From assembly GCA_951406725.2 (NCBI GenBank), contig OX597816.1, positions 142,042,001 to 142,106,000 of the forward strand: 64,000 nt of DNA. Reading direction: 5' to 3'. Origin of the DNA: Octopus vulgaris. Lineage: Eukaryota. Shown piece after piece: positions 51,694-63,712 of the stretch. The notes below the pieces were generated by a model, which was given only the letters and a program-made list of their open reading frames with translations, was not told where the DNA came from and searched no databases. The first letter of the stretch is position 1. Every line of letters starts with the position of its first letter. The translations under genes and the position numbers were made by a program.

Positions 51694-53053
51694 AACCTTT
51701 CCCAGTAGCTGAGCTGTTGCAAAGAGACAATCTTCTTTGTGAATCTTCTCTGGATTGTTTCAAGGTCCGCTGTTAATTTTATACTGGTGGGTGACCATAG
51801 CTGTGAGCAATAATCCAGGCGGCTGAGGACGACTGTCCGCCAGATGACCATCATGGTTTCATTATCTCTGGTTCTGAATGTTCTTAGGATCCACCCAGCC
51901 AGTCATCTGCACTTTGTCGCCATCCTGGTAATGTGCACTTGGAAAGAGGTATCATCACTCATGTCGATACCCAGGTCCCTCACAGACTTAGGATCTGGGA
52001 TTGAAATTCCCTGTGGACCGGTGTATCCTGTAAGCTTAATATTCAGTTTTGGATGCTGGTAGCGCAGGGCCTGGAATTTTTCAGCATTAAGCTGCATATT
52101 ATTATCCTCAGCCCATCTGTAGATTGAGTCCAACTCCTGCTGCAGGTGTGCAACATCGCTGGGGTTCTGTATTTTCTGCGAGACTTTCGTATCGTCTGCA
52201 TAGCTGGCCAGAGTGGCTATCCGGGCATATCTGAGAGGGCCACTATAAAAAGCAGTGGTCCCAAGACAGTGCCCTGTGGAACACCGCTCACTATTTGTGT
52301 GTTCATAGAGGTGGCTCCATTAACCACTACTGCCTGACTCCTATCTTTCAGGAAGTCATGCAACCACACTCCAAGTTTTCCAGCTATGCCGAGGTCACGC
52401 AGTTTGTGGCATATCATACCATGATCCACCTTGTCAAAAGTTTTTGCAAAATCAAGGTAGATTACGTCCACATTTGATTTGTTGAGTAACTGCCTCAACA
52501 CCCAGTTATAATGCTGTAAGAGCTGGGTCAGGCAGCTCCTACATGGTCGAAAACCATGCTGGGTATCACTCAGCAAGTTATTTTCCTCAAGGAATGCTAT
52601 TAGTTTCTTTCTGACTATCCTTTCCATGACTTTGCTGATGTGTGAAATCAGAGAGATAGGCCTATAGTTTTTGGCATCTGCTCTACTTCCCCCTTTATGT
52701 ATTGGGCATATTATTCCCTCCTTCAGCTTTCTTGGCAGTTTGCCATTCGCAAGAAAGCTCTGGAAGAGAATCTTGAGGGGTTTTGCCAGGGCATGCTTAC
52801 ACGCTTTGAGGAGGATGGCTCGGAAACCATCTGGACCAGCAGCTGAGTTTGCGTCCACTTCATCTATGGCTAGTAGGACATCTTTTTTGCTAATGTCAAT
52901 ACATTCTATTGTAACCGCCTTGCTGGTTATAGGTGAGGCGGCAAAGAAGTCCACTTGTTCGTTCACTTGTCTGTGTTCCAACGGGGTGGTAAAGACACTT
53001 TTGAACTGGTCATTCAGCATCTCACTGATCTTAGTTGGACTGTCTGTGAGGGA

Positions 53054-53056
<3 letters not shown>
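51694..53056 (-). mobile_element. CR1-type LINE RT body (5'-truncated, one frameshift, one stop)
   Basis: MLNDQFKSVFT..SAAGPDG..PIHKGGSR..NYRPISL..QHGFRP.RSCLTQLL..DVIYLDFAKTFDKVDH..SGVPQGTVLGPLLF, then [44 protein letters not shown]. Confidence 0.95.
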
Positions 53057-53099
<43 letters not shown>

Positions 53100-53511
53100 C
53101 ATACACATACAAACATATATATATATATATACATACATATATATAGATATACATACATATATAAATACATACACATACATATATATATATATATACGAGA
53201 AAAACACCAAGTAGAGAATTTAATTCTCTACAGGGAATGACCAAGTTTAAAAATCTGCTCTATCTCACCCATAAGGGAATATTACATTGCTTATAAACTC
53301 TATATTTGGGAGGACCCTTTGTAAACTATGTTGGACTTTTGGACTTTACTCATAGGATATTGAAATATTGCATATATATGCCATTATGCCTAAAAAATGG
53401 ATTTACAACTTCAATATCCATTCATATCTTGCATCTATTTTCTTTCCTCCACCTCACTCTCTATTTTGTATCACATCTAAACTAACTATGATTTAACCAT
53501 CCTCTCCCACC

Positions 53512-53947
53512 GTCTCTGATGAAGGGATATCTTTATATATAAAACTGTAGTTGTGTGAGTGTCTGTCCCCTTCGATTTAGATTCCTAACTACTCCCACAT
53601 TTTGTGGTGCAGTTTAACCAAAACCGGGTATCTTATAGTCGTGATTCATATCGAGCCCTTCTGGGTATTAGCGTTTGTCTATGATGAGTCTACGATTTTA
53701 AAAATAATTTACCATCATTTTTTCCATTTTCATGCATATTTTTTAAAACTCTCTAAAAATGTCTACGATGAGTCAACGATTTAAAAAAAAATTTACCATC
53801 ATATTTTTTCCATTTTTAATGCATTTTTTGGCTATTTTTTGGCTATAACTCTCTAAAAATGCTGTTTAGTTATTTCCCTTACAAACCCAAGCGACGCCGG
53901 GCGATACTGCTAGTAATTAATAAATATCCTAGAAACAGCTGTAAGAC
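53512..53947 (+). ncRNA. Type-I hammerhead motif interrupted in stem II by a Helitron
   Basis: Removing 53530-53913 gives gtct CTGATGA a-gggatat-aattaataa-atatcct-a GAAAC agct GTA agac. Confidence 0.7.
53530..53913 (+). mobile_element. Non-autonomous Helitron
   Basis: A|TCTTTATATAT ... CCCAAGCGACGCCGGG hairpin ~12 nt before CTAG|T; no TSD; internal ~85-bp tandem duplication. Confidence 0.8.
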
Positions 53948-54009
53948 CTATCTATAAATGCTCTAATATCAACACAGCCTTGGTTTTTTATCTTATTACG
54001 CAAACAAAT

Positions 54010-54055
<46 letters not shown>

Positions 54056-54081
54056 GCATATATATATACATATATACATGC

Positions 54082-54112
<31 letters not shown>

Positions 54113-54227
54113 CATACATATATATATTTATTTTTATTAAAGGCATTATAATATAAATAGATATATTTAAAGGGAAAAATACACACACATGCTCAGGAAA
54201 TATAAATATATATATACATACATACAC

Positions 54228-54275
<48 letters not shown>

Positions 54276-54292
54276 TTAAATACATACATACG

Positions 54293-54326
<34 letters not shown>

Positions 54327-54333
<7 letters not shown>

Positions 54334-54479
54334 ATTATATAGAAGGAGCTTCTACAGGACTAGTACTGTTTCATTCAAGAGAAATCTTCAGGAAGCCCTG
54401 AAGATTTCAGCTTCCTGAAGATTTCTCTTGAATGAAACAGTACTAGTCCTGTAGAAGCTCCTTCTATATAATAAATTAA
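54327..54479. repeat. Perfect fold-back (70-bp arms, 13-nt spacer) made of two back-to-back hammerheads
   Basis: 54327-54396 is the exact reverse complement of 54410-54479. Confidence 0.95.
54409..54459 (+). ncRNA. Intact-looking minimal type-I hammerhead ribozyme (mirror copy on minus strand at 54347-54396)
   Basis: agcttc CTGAAGA t-ttc-tctt-gaa-t GAAAcag-tactagtc-ctGTA gaagct; predicted cleavage after 54453. Confidence 0.7.
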
Positions 54480-54692
54480 TTTTACTCTGCTTTGTATTGA
54501 GTACCTTACTTACTGTGGTTAACCCCGAATCAACCCGGGACCTACATATATATATATATATATAAATACATACATATATATATATATATATATACATAAA
54601 TACACATATATATATATACATAAATACACACATATATATATATATATATAAATACATACATATATATATATATACATAAATACATACATATG

Positions 54693-54732
<40 letters not shown>

Positions 54733-54882
54733 CATACATATATATATATATATAAATACATACATATATATATATATACATAAATACATACATATATATA
54801 TACATACATACATATATATATATAATACATACATACATATATATATATAATACATACATACATACATATATATACATATATG

Positions 54883-54913
<31 letters not shown>

Positions 54914-55187
54914 GCATACATTTCTTGAATATGCATGAATTTCTTGAAAATTCTATAGTTTGTAAGATATTTGTTGTTGTTTTTTCTTCAATTTCTGCAA
55001 TTTCAACCAATCATATATACACATATATATATATACACATATATATATATACACATATATACACACATATATACATACATATATACATACATATACATAC
55101 ATACATATATACATATATACATATATATACATACATATATATATATACATATTTATATATACATACATATATACATACATATATATG

Positions 55188-55246
<59 letters not shown>

Positions 55247-56214
55247 GAAGCTGCTAATTATAATCATGGATAACGTTATTTTATATTAAAATTAGAGCAG
55301 TACACGCACGCTCAAGATATTTTTATGCCTTCTGCCTTATATTATCAGTTTGCTATTGTTATCTAAAAGCTGTGTCCCCAGAGTGATCACAGTAAATAGC
55401 TTCCATTATGTGTGTGTGCATGAGAAAATCTAATCGTTGATACTCTACATTATACATTATTCATTAGTTAATATAATCCTAGATACATTAAACCTGATAA
55501 GAAGACAAGATAGTCCCCGCAATGTTCATTAAGGTTTGACCCTGGGTTATACAATGCTAATAAATTCTTTTCATTCCTCACCAAACATTTTAAACTGCTC
55601 AGATCATACAACGCTAACATAGTTTATAGTTTTCGGTGCAGAAAGAAAGAAATATTTCAACCATCCATAGATCTTTTGCTGTGTTTATAACCTTATTGAA
55701 GCTTTTACAGAAATTTTAAACAAAGGTTCCTGCTTTCGTTGTAATCTCAGAAAGATCTGTCCCACCCTATATGTATATCTTTTACACAGGTTGGTTAGCA
55801 GCAATTATGTAGCAATATCCATGACAGATCCACTTTATTTATGCATATAGTCTTTCTTTTGAAATCCCTCTTAAAATTCTGAACATTTTAAATGCATATC
55901 TCATCGTATTTCTCTTTATTCCTTCTCATGCAAAATGTTTTTATATCAAAAGAAAAAAGAAAGAGAACAAAAATAGATTGCTTACACTTCAGTTAATGGA
56001 ATCTTTCAGATTTCACCAAAAGTAGTAAATAAACATTATCTTCCTCACATTTTCCAATTTTTTTTGATAAATTTCAAAGCATTAAATATTCTGTAAAACA
56101 AAATTTAACCCATATTTCATACATTTTCATGAAAGTACACTGGAAAGAAATCCTATTCTAACGCAATATGTTTATTATCGATATTAAAAAAAATATAAAG
56201 GTGACAACCTAACA

Positions 56215-59200
56215 GTATCATTATTGTGCTAGAAAAAAGCCTACTAGCATTTCTTCTGGCTCTTTATGTTCTGGGTTCAAAAGGCTGTTGAGGTCAACTT
56301 TGCCTTTTGTCTTTACTAGTAAAGGTCTGGTGTAGGCAATATAATTGACTAAAACCTCCTCCCAAAATTGCTGGCCTTGTGCCAAAAAACATTTGAAACA
56401 AATATTAAAGATGAATGTAGAAACAATTTGTTATGACAATCCTTTCTACTATAGGCACAAGGCCTGAAATTTGGTGGGAGGGGGCTAGTTGATTGCATTG
56501 ACCTCATTGCTCAACTGATACGTATTTCATCAACCCTGTAAGGATGAAAGGCAAAGTCAACCTTGGCAGAATTTGAACTGATAAGCATTTTGTCCAGCAT
56601 GCTAACAATTCAGCCAGCTCACTGCCTTACAATGTGTCATAATAATAATTATTATTATTAGCTGGCAGAATCGTTAGCACTGTGGGCAAAATGCTTAGCA
56701 GTATTTCATCCATCTTCACACTCTGAGTTCAAATTTTGCCAAGGTCAACTTTGCCTTTCAGGATTAATAAAATAAGTACAAACTGAGTACTGGGTTGATG
56801 TAATCGACTATCCATGTACCCGATATTTCCGGTTTTGTGCCTATAGTAGAAAGGATTATTACTCTGAAGTCAACTTTGACTTTCATGCTTTCTGGATTGA
56901 TAAAATAAGGGTTTATGAAATCAATTAGCCCACTTCCTCAAAATTTCAGGCCTTGTGCCTATAATAGAAAGGATTATTATTAGTAATAGTAGTACTATTA
57001 CTATCACTACTAAGACAATGGATTGATAGAATTATTAAAACATAGGGAAAAATGCCTTGAGGTATTTCCTCCAGTTCTTTACATCTGAAAAGTCAACTTT
57101 GCTTTTCATCCTTTTAAGGTCAATAAAATAATGCACCACTCAAATGCTGCAGTTGTTGATATCAACAAACCATCTCCCCTCAAAATTGCTGGCTTTGTGT
57201 CTAAATCAGAAACAATTATCATAATTATTGCCAAAATTTGAAACCATTATTTTAAGTCAGAAAGTTGGTAGAATCATTAGCACACCAGACAAGATGCTTA
57301 ACAGCATTTATTCAGGCTTTATGTTCTGAGTTCAAATTCCAACATGGTTGACTTTGCCTTTTGTCCTTTTAGGATCCGTAAAATAAGCACCAGTTGAGCA
57401 GCTTCCCACAAAACTTCAGGCCTTGTGCCTATAGTATGAAATAATTATTATTGCTAGGGTAGTGGATTGTCCGAATTGTTAGTGTGTTGGATAAAGTAGC
57501 TGATGGTATTTATTCTACATCGCTACATTACGAGTTCAAATCCTATCACCAACTTTGCTGTTATTCTTTCTGGGGTTGATGAAGCAAAGTAACAATTAAG
57601 TACTGGGGTTGATATAATTGACTAACTCTCTTCCCCAAAATTTCAGGCCTTGTGCCTATATTAGAAACAATTATAATTATCATCATCATCATCTTTTACT
57701 TGTTTCAGTCATTAGAGTGTAGCCATGCTAGGGCACTGCCTTGAAGAGGTTTTAGTCGAATAAATCAACACCAGTACTTCTTTTTTGTTAAGCCTGGTAC
57801 TTATTCATCTCTTTTGCTGAACTACTAAGTTATGGGGACATAAACACGCCAACACTAGTTGTCAATGTGTAGTGGAGAACAAATACAGACACAAAAGTGC
57901 ACACATATACACATATGATGAGATTACACATATACACATATGATGAGATTCTTTCAGTTTCCATTAACCAAATCCACTCACAAGTTTTTGGTCAGCCCAA
58001 GGCTATAGTAGAAGACACATGCCTAAGGTGCTATGCAGTGGAATTGAACCTAGAAGCATGTGATTAGGAAGCAAGCTTCTTACCATACAACCACACCTGC
58101 ATCTTGTTATTATTGAGCTGGCAGAATTATAACTGTGTCAGATAAAATGCTTAACAGCAGTTCTTCTGGCTTTATGTTCTGAGTTCAAATACTGACAAGG
58201 TTGACTTTACCTTTCATCCTCTTGAGGTTGATAAAATAAGTACCAGTCAAGAATTAGGGTTGATGTAATTGACTTATTCCTCCCCTAAAAATTGTTGGCT
58301 TTGTACTGAAATTCTAAAAAATTATTATTATTATTATTATTATTACTATTATCATTATTACTATTATTATTATCAAAGCAGTGAGCTGGCAGAATAGTCA
58401 GCATACCAGACAAAATACTAAGACATTTCGTCCGTCTTTATGCTCTAAAATCAACCTTGCCTGTCATCTATTCGGGGTCAATAAAGTAAGTACCAGTTGA
58501 ACACTGGAGTCAATGTAATTGATTAACACTCTCCCTCAAAATTTCAGGCCTTGTGCTTACAGCAGAAAGGATTACCATAATTATTATAATTATTCTGCCG
58601 AGGTGGACTTTGCCTTTCATCCTTTCGGGGTTGATAAAATATGTACCAGTTGAGCACTAGGGTTGATGTAATTGACTTATCCCCTCCTTTGAACTTGCTG
58701 GCTTTGTGCCAAAATTATTATTATTATTATTATTGTTAGTATTGTTATTGTTGTTATTAATATTCCTAAGCTGGCAGAATTGTTAGCATACCAGGCAAAA
58801 TGCTTAGCAATATTTTGTCCATCTTCATGGTCTGACTTCAAATTTCGCTTCAAATTCATCTTTTTAGGGATCAATAAAGTACCTATTGAGCACTGAGATC
58901 AGCTAAGCCTTGTGCCTGTAGTAGAAAAGATTATTATTATTATTATTATTATTATTATCATTATTATTATTATTATTATTATTATTCCTAAGCTGGCAGA
59001 ATCATCAGCATGCCAGGCAAAATGCTTAGCAGCATTTTGTCTGTCTTCATGGTCTGACATCAAATTCTGCTGAGGCTGATTTTACCTTTCATCTTTTTGG
59101 AGTCTATAAAATAAGTACCAGTGGAGCACTGAGGTCAATGTAATCATCAACTCAATTCCTTTCCCAAAATTGCTGGCCTTGTGCCAAAGTTTGAAACCAA

Positions 59201-59310
59201 TATTTGTTCCAGCTCTTTACATTCTGAGTCCAAATCCCATCAAGGTCAATTTTCACCTTTTATGCTTCTGTAATTGATAAAAAATAATGAACCAGTCAAG
59301 TACTAGGGTA
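56215..59310 (+). mobile_element. Array of roughly a dozen or more SINE family B copies, mostly head-to-tail and separated by (ATT)n
   Basis: Repeated GCTGGCAGAATC.TTAGCA..GAGTTCAAATT..GACTTTGCCTTTCATCC..GATAAAATAAGTACC..GGCCTTGTGCC units. One copy is inverted (56440-56630) and one family-A SINE is inserted (57692-58100, minus). Confidence 0.85.
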
Positions 59311-61042
59311 AGTTTAAACAAAATACTGATCTGTGCCAACATGCTGTGGACTAAGATGTTGCAGTAGAACACACATCACTCACTGTCAAGCCATGAGGCT
59401 CTAACAAGTGGAGTGACACACCTTTGGAAGTACAACTGCTATCATCACATATGATCTATCCATAGCATTTTATATTACTGCCAATATAGCATACACATAC
59501 ATCCAATCATTTACAAACACACTCTCTCCCACTCTCTCTCTCTCCAAAACTGAATACCGTTAAAAAGAGATAACACAAAACATAAAAGATGGCTAGTCCC
59601 TTAGACTGTAGCATAAATAACTATGCATATACTGTTATCTCAAGCAAATATTTACATTATCTTTTAATATTTGCGTCAAAGGTCAAAATATATTATTGGA
59701 TTACAATGTTATTGACTCAAACAAGCCACATAGCTGGTTGTATGTATAAGTACGAGTGAGTATGCTTTTAACTGCAACTAGGAAATTATATGCAAAAGAA
59801 AAGCTAACCATTGATAATAAAATATATTAGTTATGTCATATGTTAAATTTTCTTTGTCAGTTTATCACAATGGTTGTGAATCCTCTCATTGTTATATAAG
59901 GAAATATGATCTGAGCAAGTCTATCATAGAATACCAATCATAACTTTTCAATCAGTATGGAAAACAGGATAAATGATAAAGATATAATTAATGAGCTCAA
60001 AGAATTAAAGGAAGAATAAAGTAATACTAATTAAAGGGAAATGGAATTTCATAGAATAGCAATCCTTGGATTGTACGTTTTGAATAGAGTATCAAAGAAG
60101 AGACACAGTAAGGATGGTGAAGAATAGCTAGTCGGAAGTTAACAGATTTCAAAGAAGGTTGAGAAAAATCAAAAAGTTCTAAGGAAGTTCCTCTAAGTAT
60201 TGTTAGATCTAGCAGAGTTGAGAGAATAAATCACAATGCTGGATCAAGTATTGAATATTTTTCAGAAAAGGAAACTAAATCAATAATACAAATGGTTTTC
60301 TTCTGAATAGTGCAGCATTATACTCCTTATGATCTTCCATACTCTCTTGTATCTCAGTCTCTCTCTCTCACTCTCTCTGACTCAGATGCATACATACACA
60401 CAATCATGTACACACACATTAATAAGTTCTATGATAGTTATTACCAGCAGCCAATCAACTGTGTTCAACTCTCTTGGCACTGAAATGTTATTAGTCACAT
60501 GACGTTCTCTGACATAAAGTTACTACTGGTCATGTGACCATTTCTGACTAGTGAGGAAAACAAACCATCTCCCCTCAAATTTTCTTTTGTATGCGATTTA
60601 AGGGTGGTTTAGCTGTTGTTTTAGCACATTTCACAGCCACCCAATATCTTCCTTGTTTTGTTGTCACTCTGACATGTATTAATGTTTTGCAATAATTTTC
60701 ACCCCATAAACACATTCAATGGAATGATGATTCACCCAAGGGTGGACCATTGCTTAGATTTAAGAAAAAAATTCACTTCATATTTTAAACTCTGATTTAA
60801 AATGAAATTTGGAAAAGAGTAGAAATTTTAGGATTCATGGGTGTGGGGGTAAACTTGTTTTTTCATAATTGTATGAATTCCCATGTGTAGAACAGAAATT
60901 TGCAAAACTTTTCTGAAAATTCCAAAAACTTAGGTTATGAGGTGTTATATGAGACACTTAAACCAGAATTCTACCAACAATTTTTCCTAGCTTCACTAAA
61001 TAGTAACATTAGACAAATATTCTTCACATATAAAAATGGATG

Positions 61043-61639
61043 CACATGGTGGAGATGTAAATGGAACTCTCCCCCTCTATAAATTTTTTTTTTTACAGAA
61101 TCCCACATTTTAGGCAATGGAGATTCCAATTCTGAAAAAAAATTTTCAAAAATAGAAACTCCAAAATTTCAACACCACACCCAGTTCTTAATTTTTCACT
61201 TTTTCCTGAATTTTCTTTCTTGCAAAATATAGAGATTATGATTCTGAAAAAATTTTGAGTAGATTGATTACATATTTCTTTCATTATGTTATCGCACTTT
61301 TGAGAAATTTGGCTGTTATTTCTAGCTTGTGGACATCCTGCTTGAAAGCCAAGGCCATAGAATTGGGAGGGGAGGTGGTTGGGATATTTTTTTTTTTTTG
61401 TAAAATTGAAATCTTACAATTTTTTTCAGAAGCATAATCTCCATAATTTTCATATTTTGCAAAAAAAGTTTCCGGAAAAAGTGAAGAATGAAGAAATAGG
61501 GGTGGAATTGAAATTTTGAAGTTGCGATTTTTGAAAATTTCTTTTCAGAATCAGAATCTCAATATCCTAAAATGTGGGATTCTGAAAAAAAAAAAAAATT
61601 ATTAAAGAGGTGGGGTTCCATTTACGTCTCCGTTATGTG
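61043..61639. mobile_element. Fold-back/MITE-like element, ~215-bp imperfect arms around a ~150-bp spacer
   Basis: GGAGATGTAAATGGAAC..CAGAATCCCACATTTTAGG..GAGATTATG.TTCTGAAAAAA versus TTTTTTCAGAA.CATAATCTC..CCTAAAATGTGGGATTCTG..GTTCCATTTACGTCTCC. Confidence 0.8.
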
Positions 61640-62518
61640 AGCCTAAAAATGCGTATTAGCAATTTACCAAACATAATACATGTTAAAAATATGCCACAAT
61701 TTTTTTTCCCTTCATGCTTATTAATGCATTTGAATTTTGTTTTGTCAAGAAGTGTGTTGGTCACCATTGTCACTGTGGTTTTGGTGTAAGATTATTATGG
61801 ATTAGACTGGGATGCGTGTGTTGTAAACAGAAATAAAACTTCATGAATGTTTTATAATATATTTAAGGAAAGTGCATACATAGATATATAACCACAGATT
61901 TTCAGGGACTCGCTGTAGAGAGATATAGGGAACAACTTCTGTAGTGTCTCAATACTACAGTCATTAGAGGTTTACACTAAACACAAAAACGAATTACTCT
62001 TGAATGAAAATCAAGATATGAGCTGATCTGAATCTACTCACATCTCTGGTTTGCTTTGAGCTAGAGTGAAATAACGTCTTTAACTCTGTTTACTCAACCA
62101 TTGGTTTTTTTTTTGGTGGAAAAGAGATGGTAGTCTGCTGAATCTTGCTCTGGCCTGGCTTGCTTGTGGTAAAAGATGAGTTGTATGTTATGTCTTCCCT
62201 GGTTGCTCTCAATTGCTGCTAAAATTCTTGGCACCAAACCACTGATAGCTAGAGGAAAAGTGTGTGAGAACCTCAATGACATTCACTTTTGTTCAAACTT
62301 TGAGGCATGATCTCATGCAAGTCAATTGGACAATAAACAGCACATACATGTAATAATTGCATGGTCCATTTGTGGTACTGGCCAAAGAACTTAGAGAATG
62401 GGGTTCAAATCCTAGGTCTTGCCATAGTTTTAAATGCCTTGTATTATTGTTATATTTTCATGAAAATATCTTGCTTGTCTTTTGAAAACTTGATGATGTT
62501 CTGTCTTTCTAAGTGCTA

Positions 62519-62749
62519 TTAACCCTTTAGCATTTAAACTGGCCATATCAGGCTCAAAGATTCTACATCTGTTATGTCCAAACTGACCAAAATTCAGCCT
62601 CTCAAACCTACCATATAATATCATTCTAAAAAATATACAATCACATCATTGAAATCTAGAAGCAGTGAGATAATGCATGATTAAGTGAAGCCAATTTGAA
62701 CAAATGAACATTACACTTGACAGAATAAATATGAATGCTAAAGGGTTAA
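62519..62749. mobile_element. piggyBac-type MITE
   Basis: TTAA-CCCTTTAGCATT ... AATGCTAAAGGG-TTAA, perfect TIRs. Confidence 0.85.
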
Positions 62750-62960
62750 GCCTCATGAATCTTTGACATTCTTATTTATTGTGTCAGATGAACATGTATA
62801 CATCATACCCACATAATGCTACCAACGGTAACCCTAACATGATGAAAACATACTTTCTATGGAATTCTAGAATACTAGTGATCAAGGGATACACAGCATC
62901 CCCAAAAATGACAACAGAGTTGATATTGCAATAATTTAACAAAAGCTCTACTGTTTAGAC

Positions 62961-63214
62961 TAGTGTTTCTCAACCATTTTTTACCTATGGAATCCTTTGA
63001 TTCCTATTTTACTTAGGTGGACCCTCCTAGCTGTTTGATGTTTAAAAAAATCACATATTTTTACAATTAAATATTATTAGGAATTGTATAGAAATAATTA
63101 TTGAAATATTCTGTGTATTGCAGAAGTATGACCAGTTTATTGCAGATAATTTTAACAAAAAAAAATATTATAGGAACCCTCAAGGGCCATATTGACCCCA
63201 GATGAGAACGACTA
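62961..63214. mobile_element. hAT(Charlie)-type MITE
   Basis: TAGTGTTTCTCA ... TGAGAACGACTA, flanked by GTTTAGAC / GTTTGGAA (degenerate 8-bp TSD). Confidence 0.6.
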
Positions 63215-63559
63215 GTTTGGAACAAAAATACATACACTAAGTGAAAATATATACTCTAAAATGAATGTTAGGTATTATTCAAAAGGATTTAATAGGACAT
63301 TATTATAAATGCACTTAAATCAACATTTATGAGTTTCAGGAAATAGGGAGTTGGCTTTTTAGATTTACATTCAATGCTTTACACAGAAAGATATACATGT
63401 CACTCAAAGAACAAATGTGTGGTCTGTTGTAATTTAGGCATCCAAAGGACAATTTAATACATTTATGATAATTTAGTAAATTCCTTGGTGAGTACCACTT
63501 AATTCCAATTTTAGAAGATTTTTATTTACATATATATGTGTATACATATATATAGATAT

Positions 63560-63712
63560 ATTTCTTTCACTTATTTCAGTCATTTGACTACGGCCATGCT
63601 GGAGCACCGCCTTTAGTCGAGCCCAGTACTTATTCTTTAGAAGCCTAGTACTTATTCTATCGGTCTCTTTTGCCAAACCACTAAGTTACGGGGACATAAA
63701 CACACCACCATC
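63560..63712 (-). mobile_element. SINE family A, 3' half
   Basis: TTTCAGTCATTTGACTACGGCCATGCTGGAGCACCGCC..CTAAGTTACGGGGACATAAACAC. Confidence 0.8.

Noticed and set aside
50992-51854. Long ORFs rich in Y/I/H/T/M/C (also at 7358-8126, 18933-19320, 53929-55267 etc.)
   Set aside because: Translations of stop-free (TA)n/(CA)n/(TATG)n microsatellites; not proteins.
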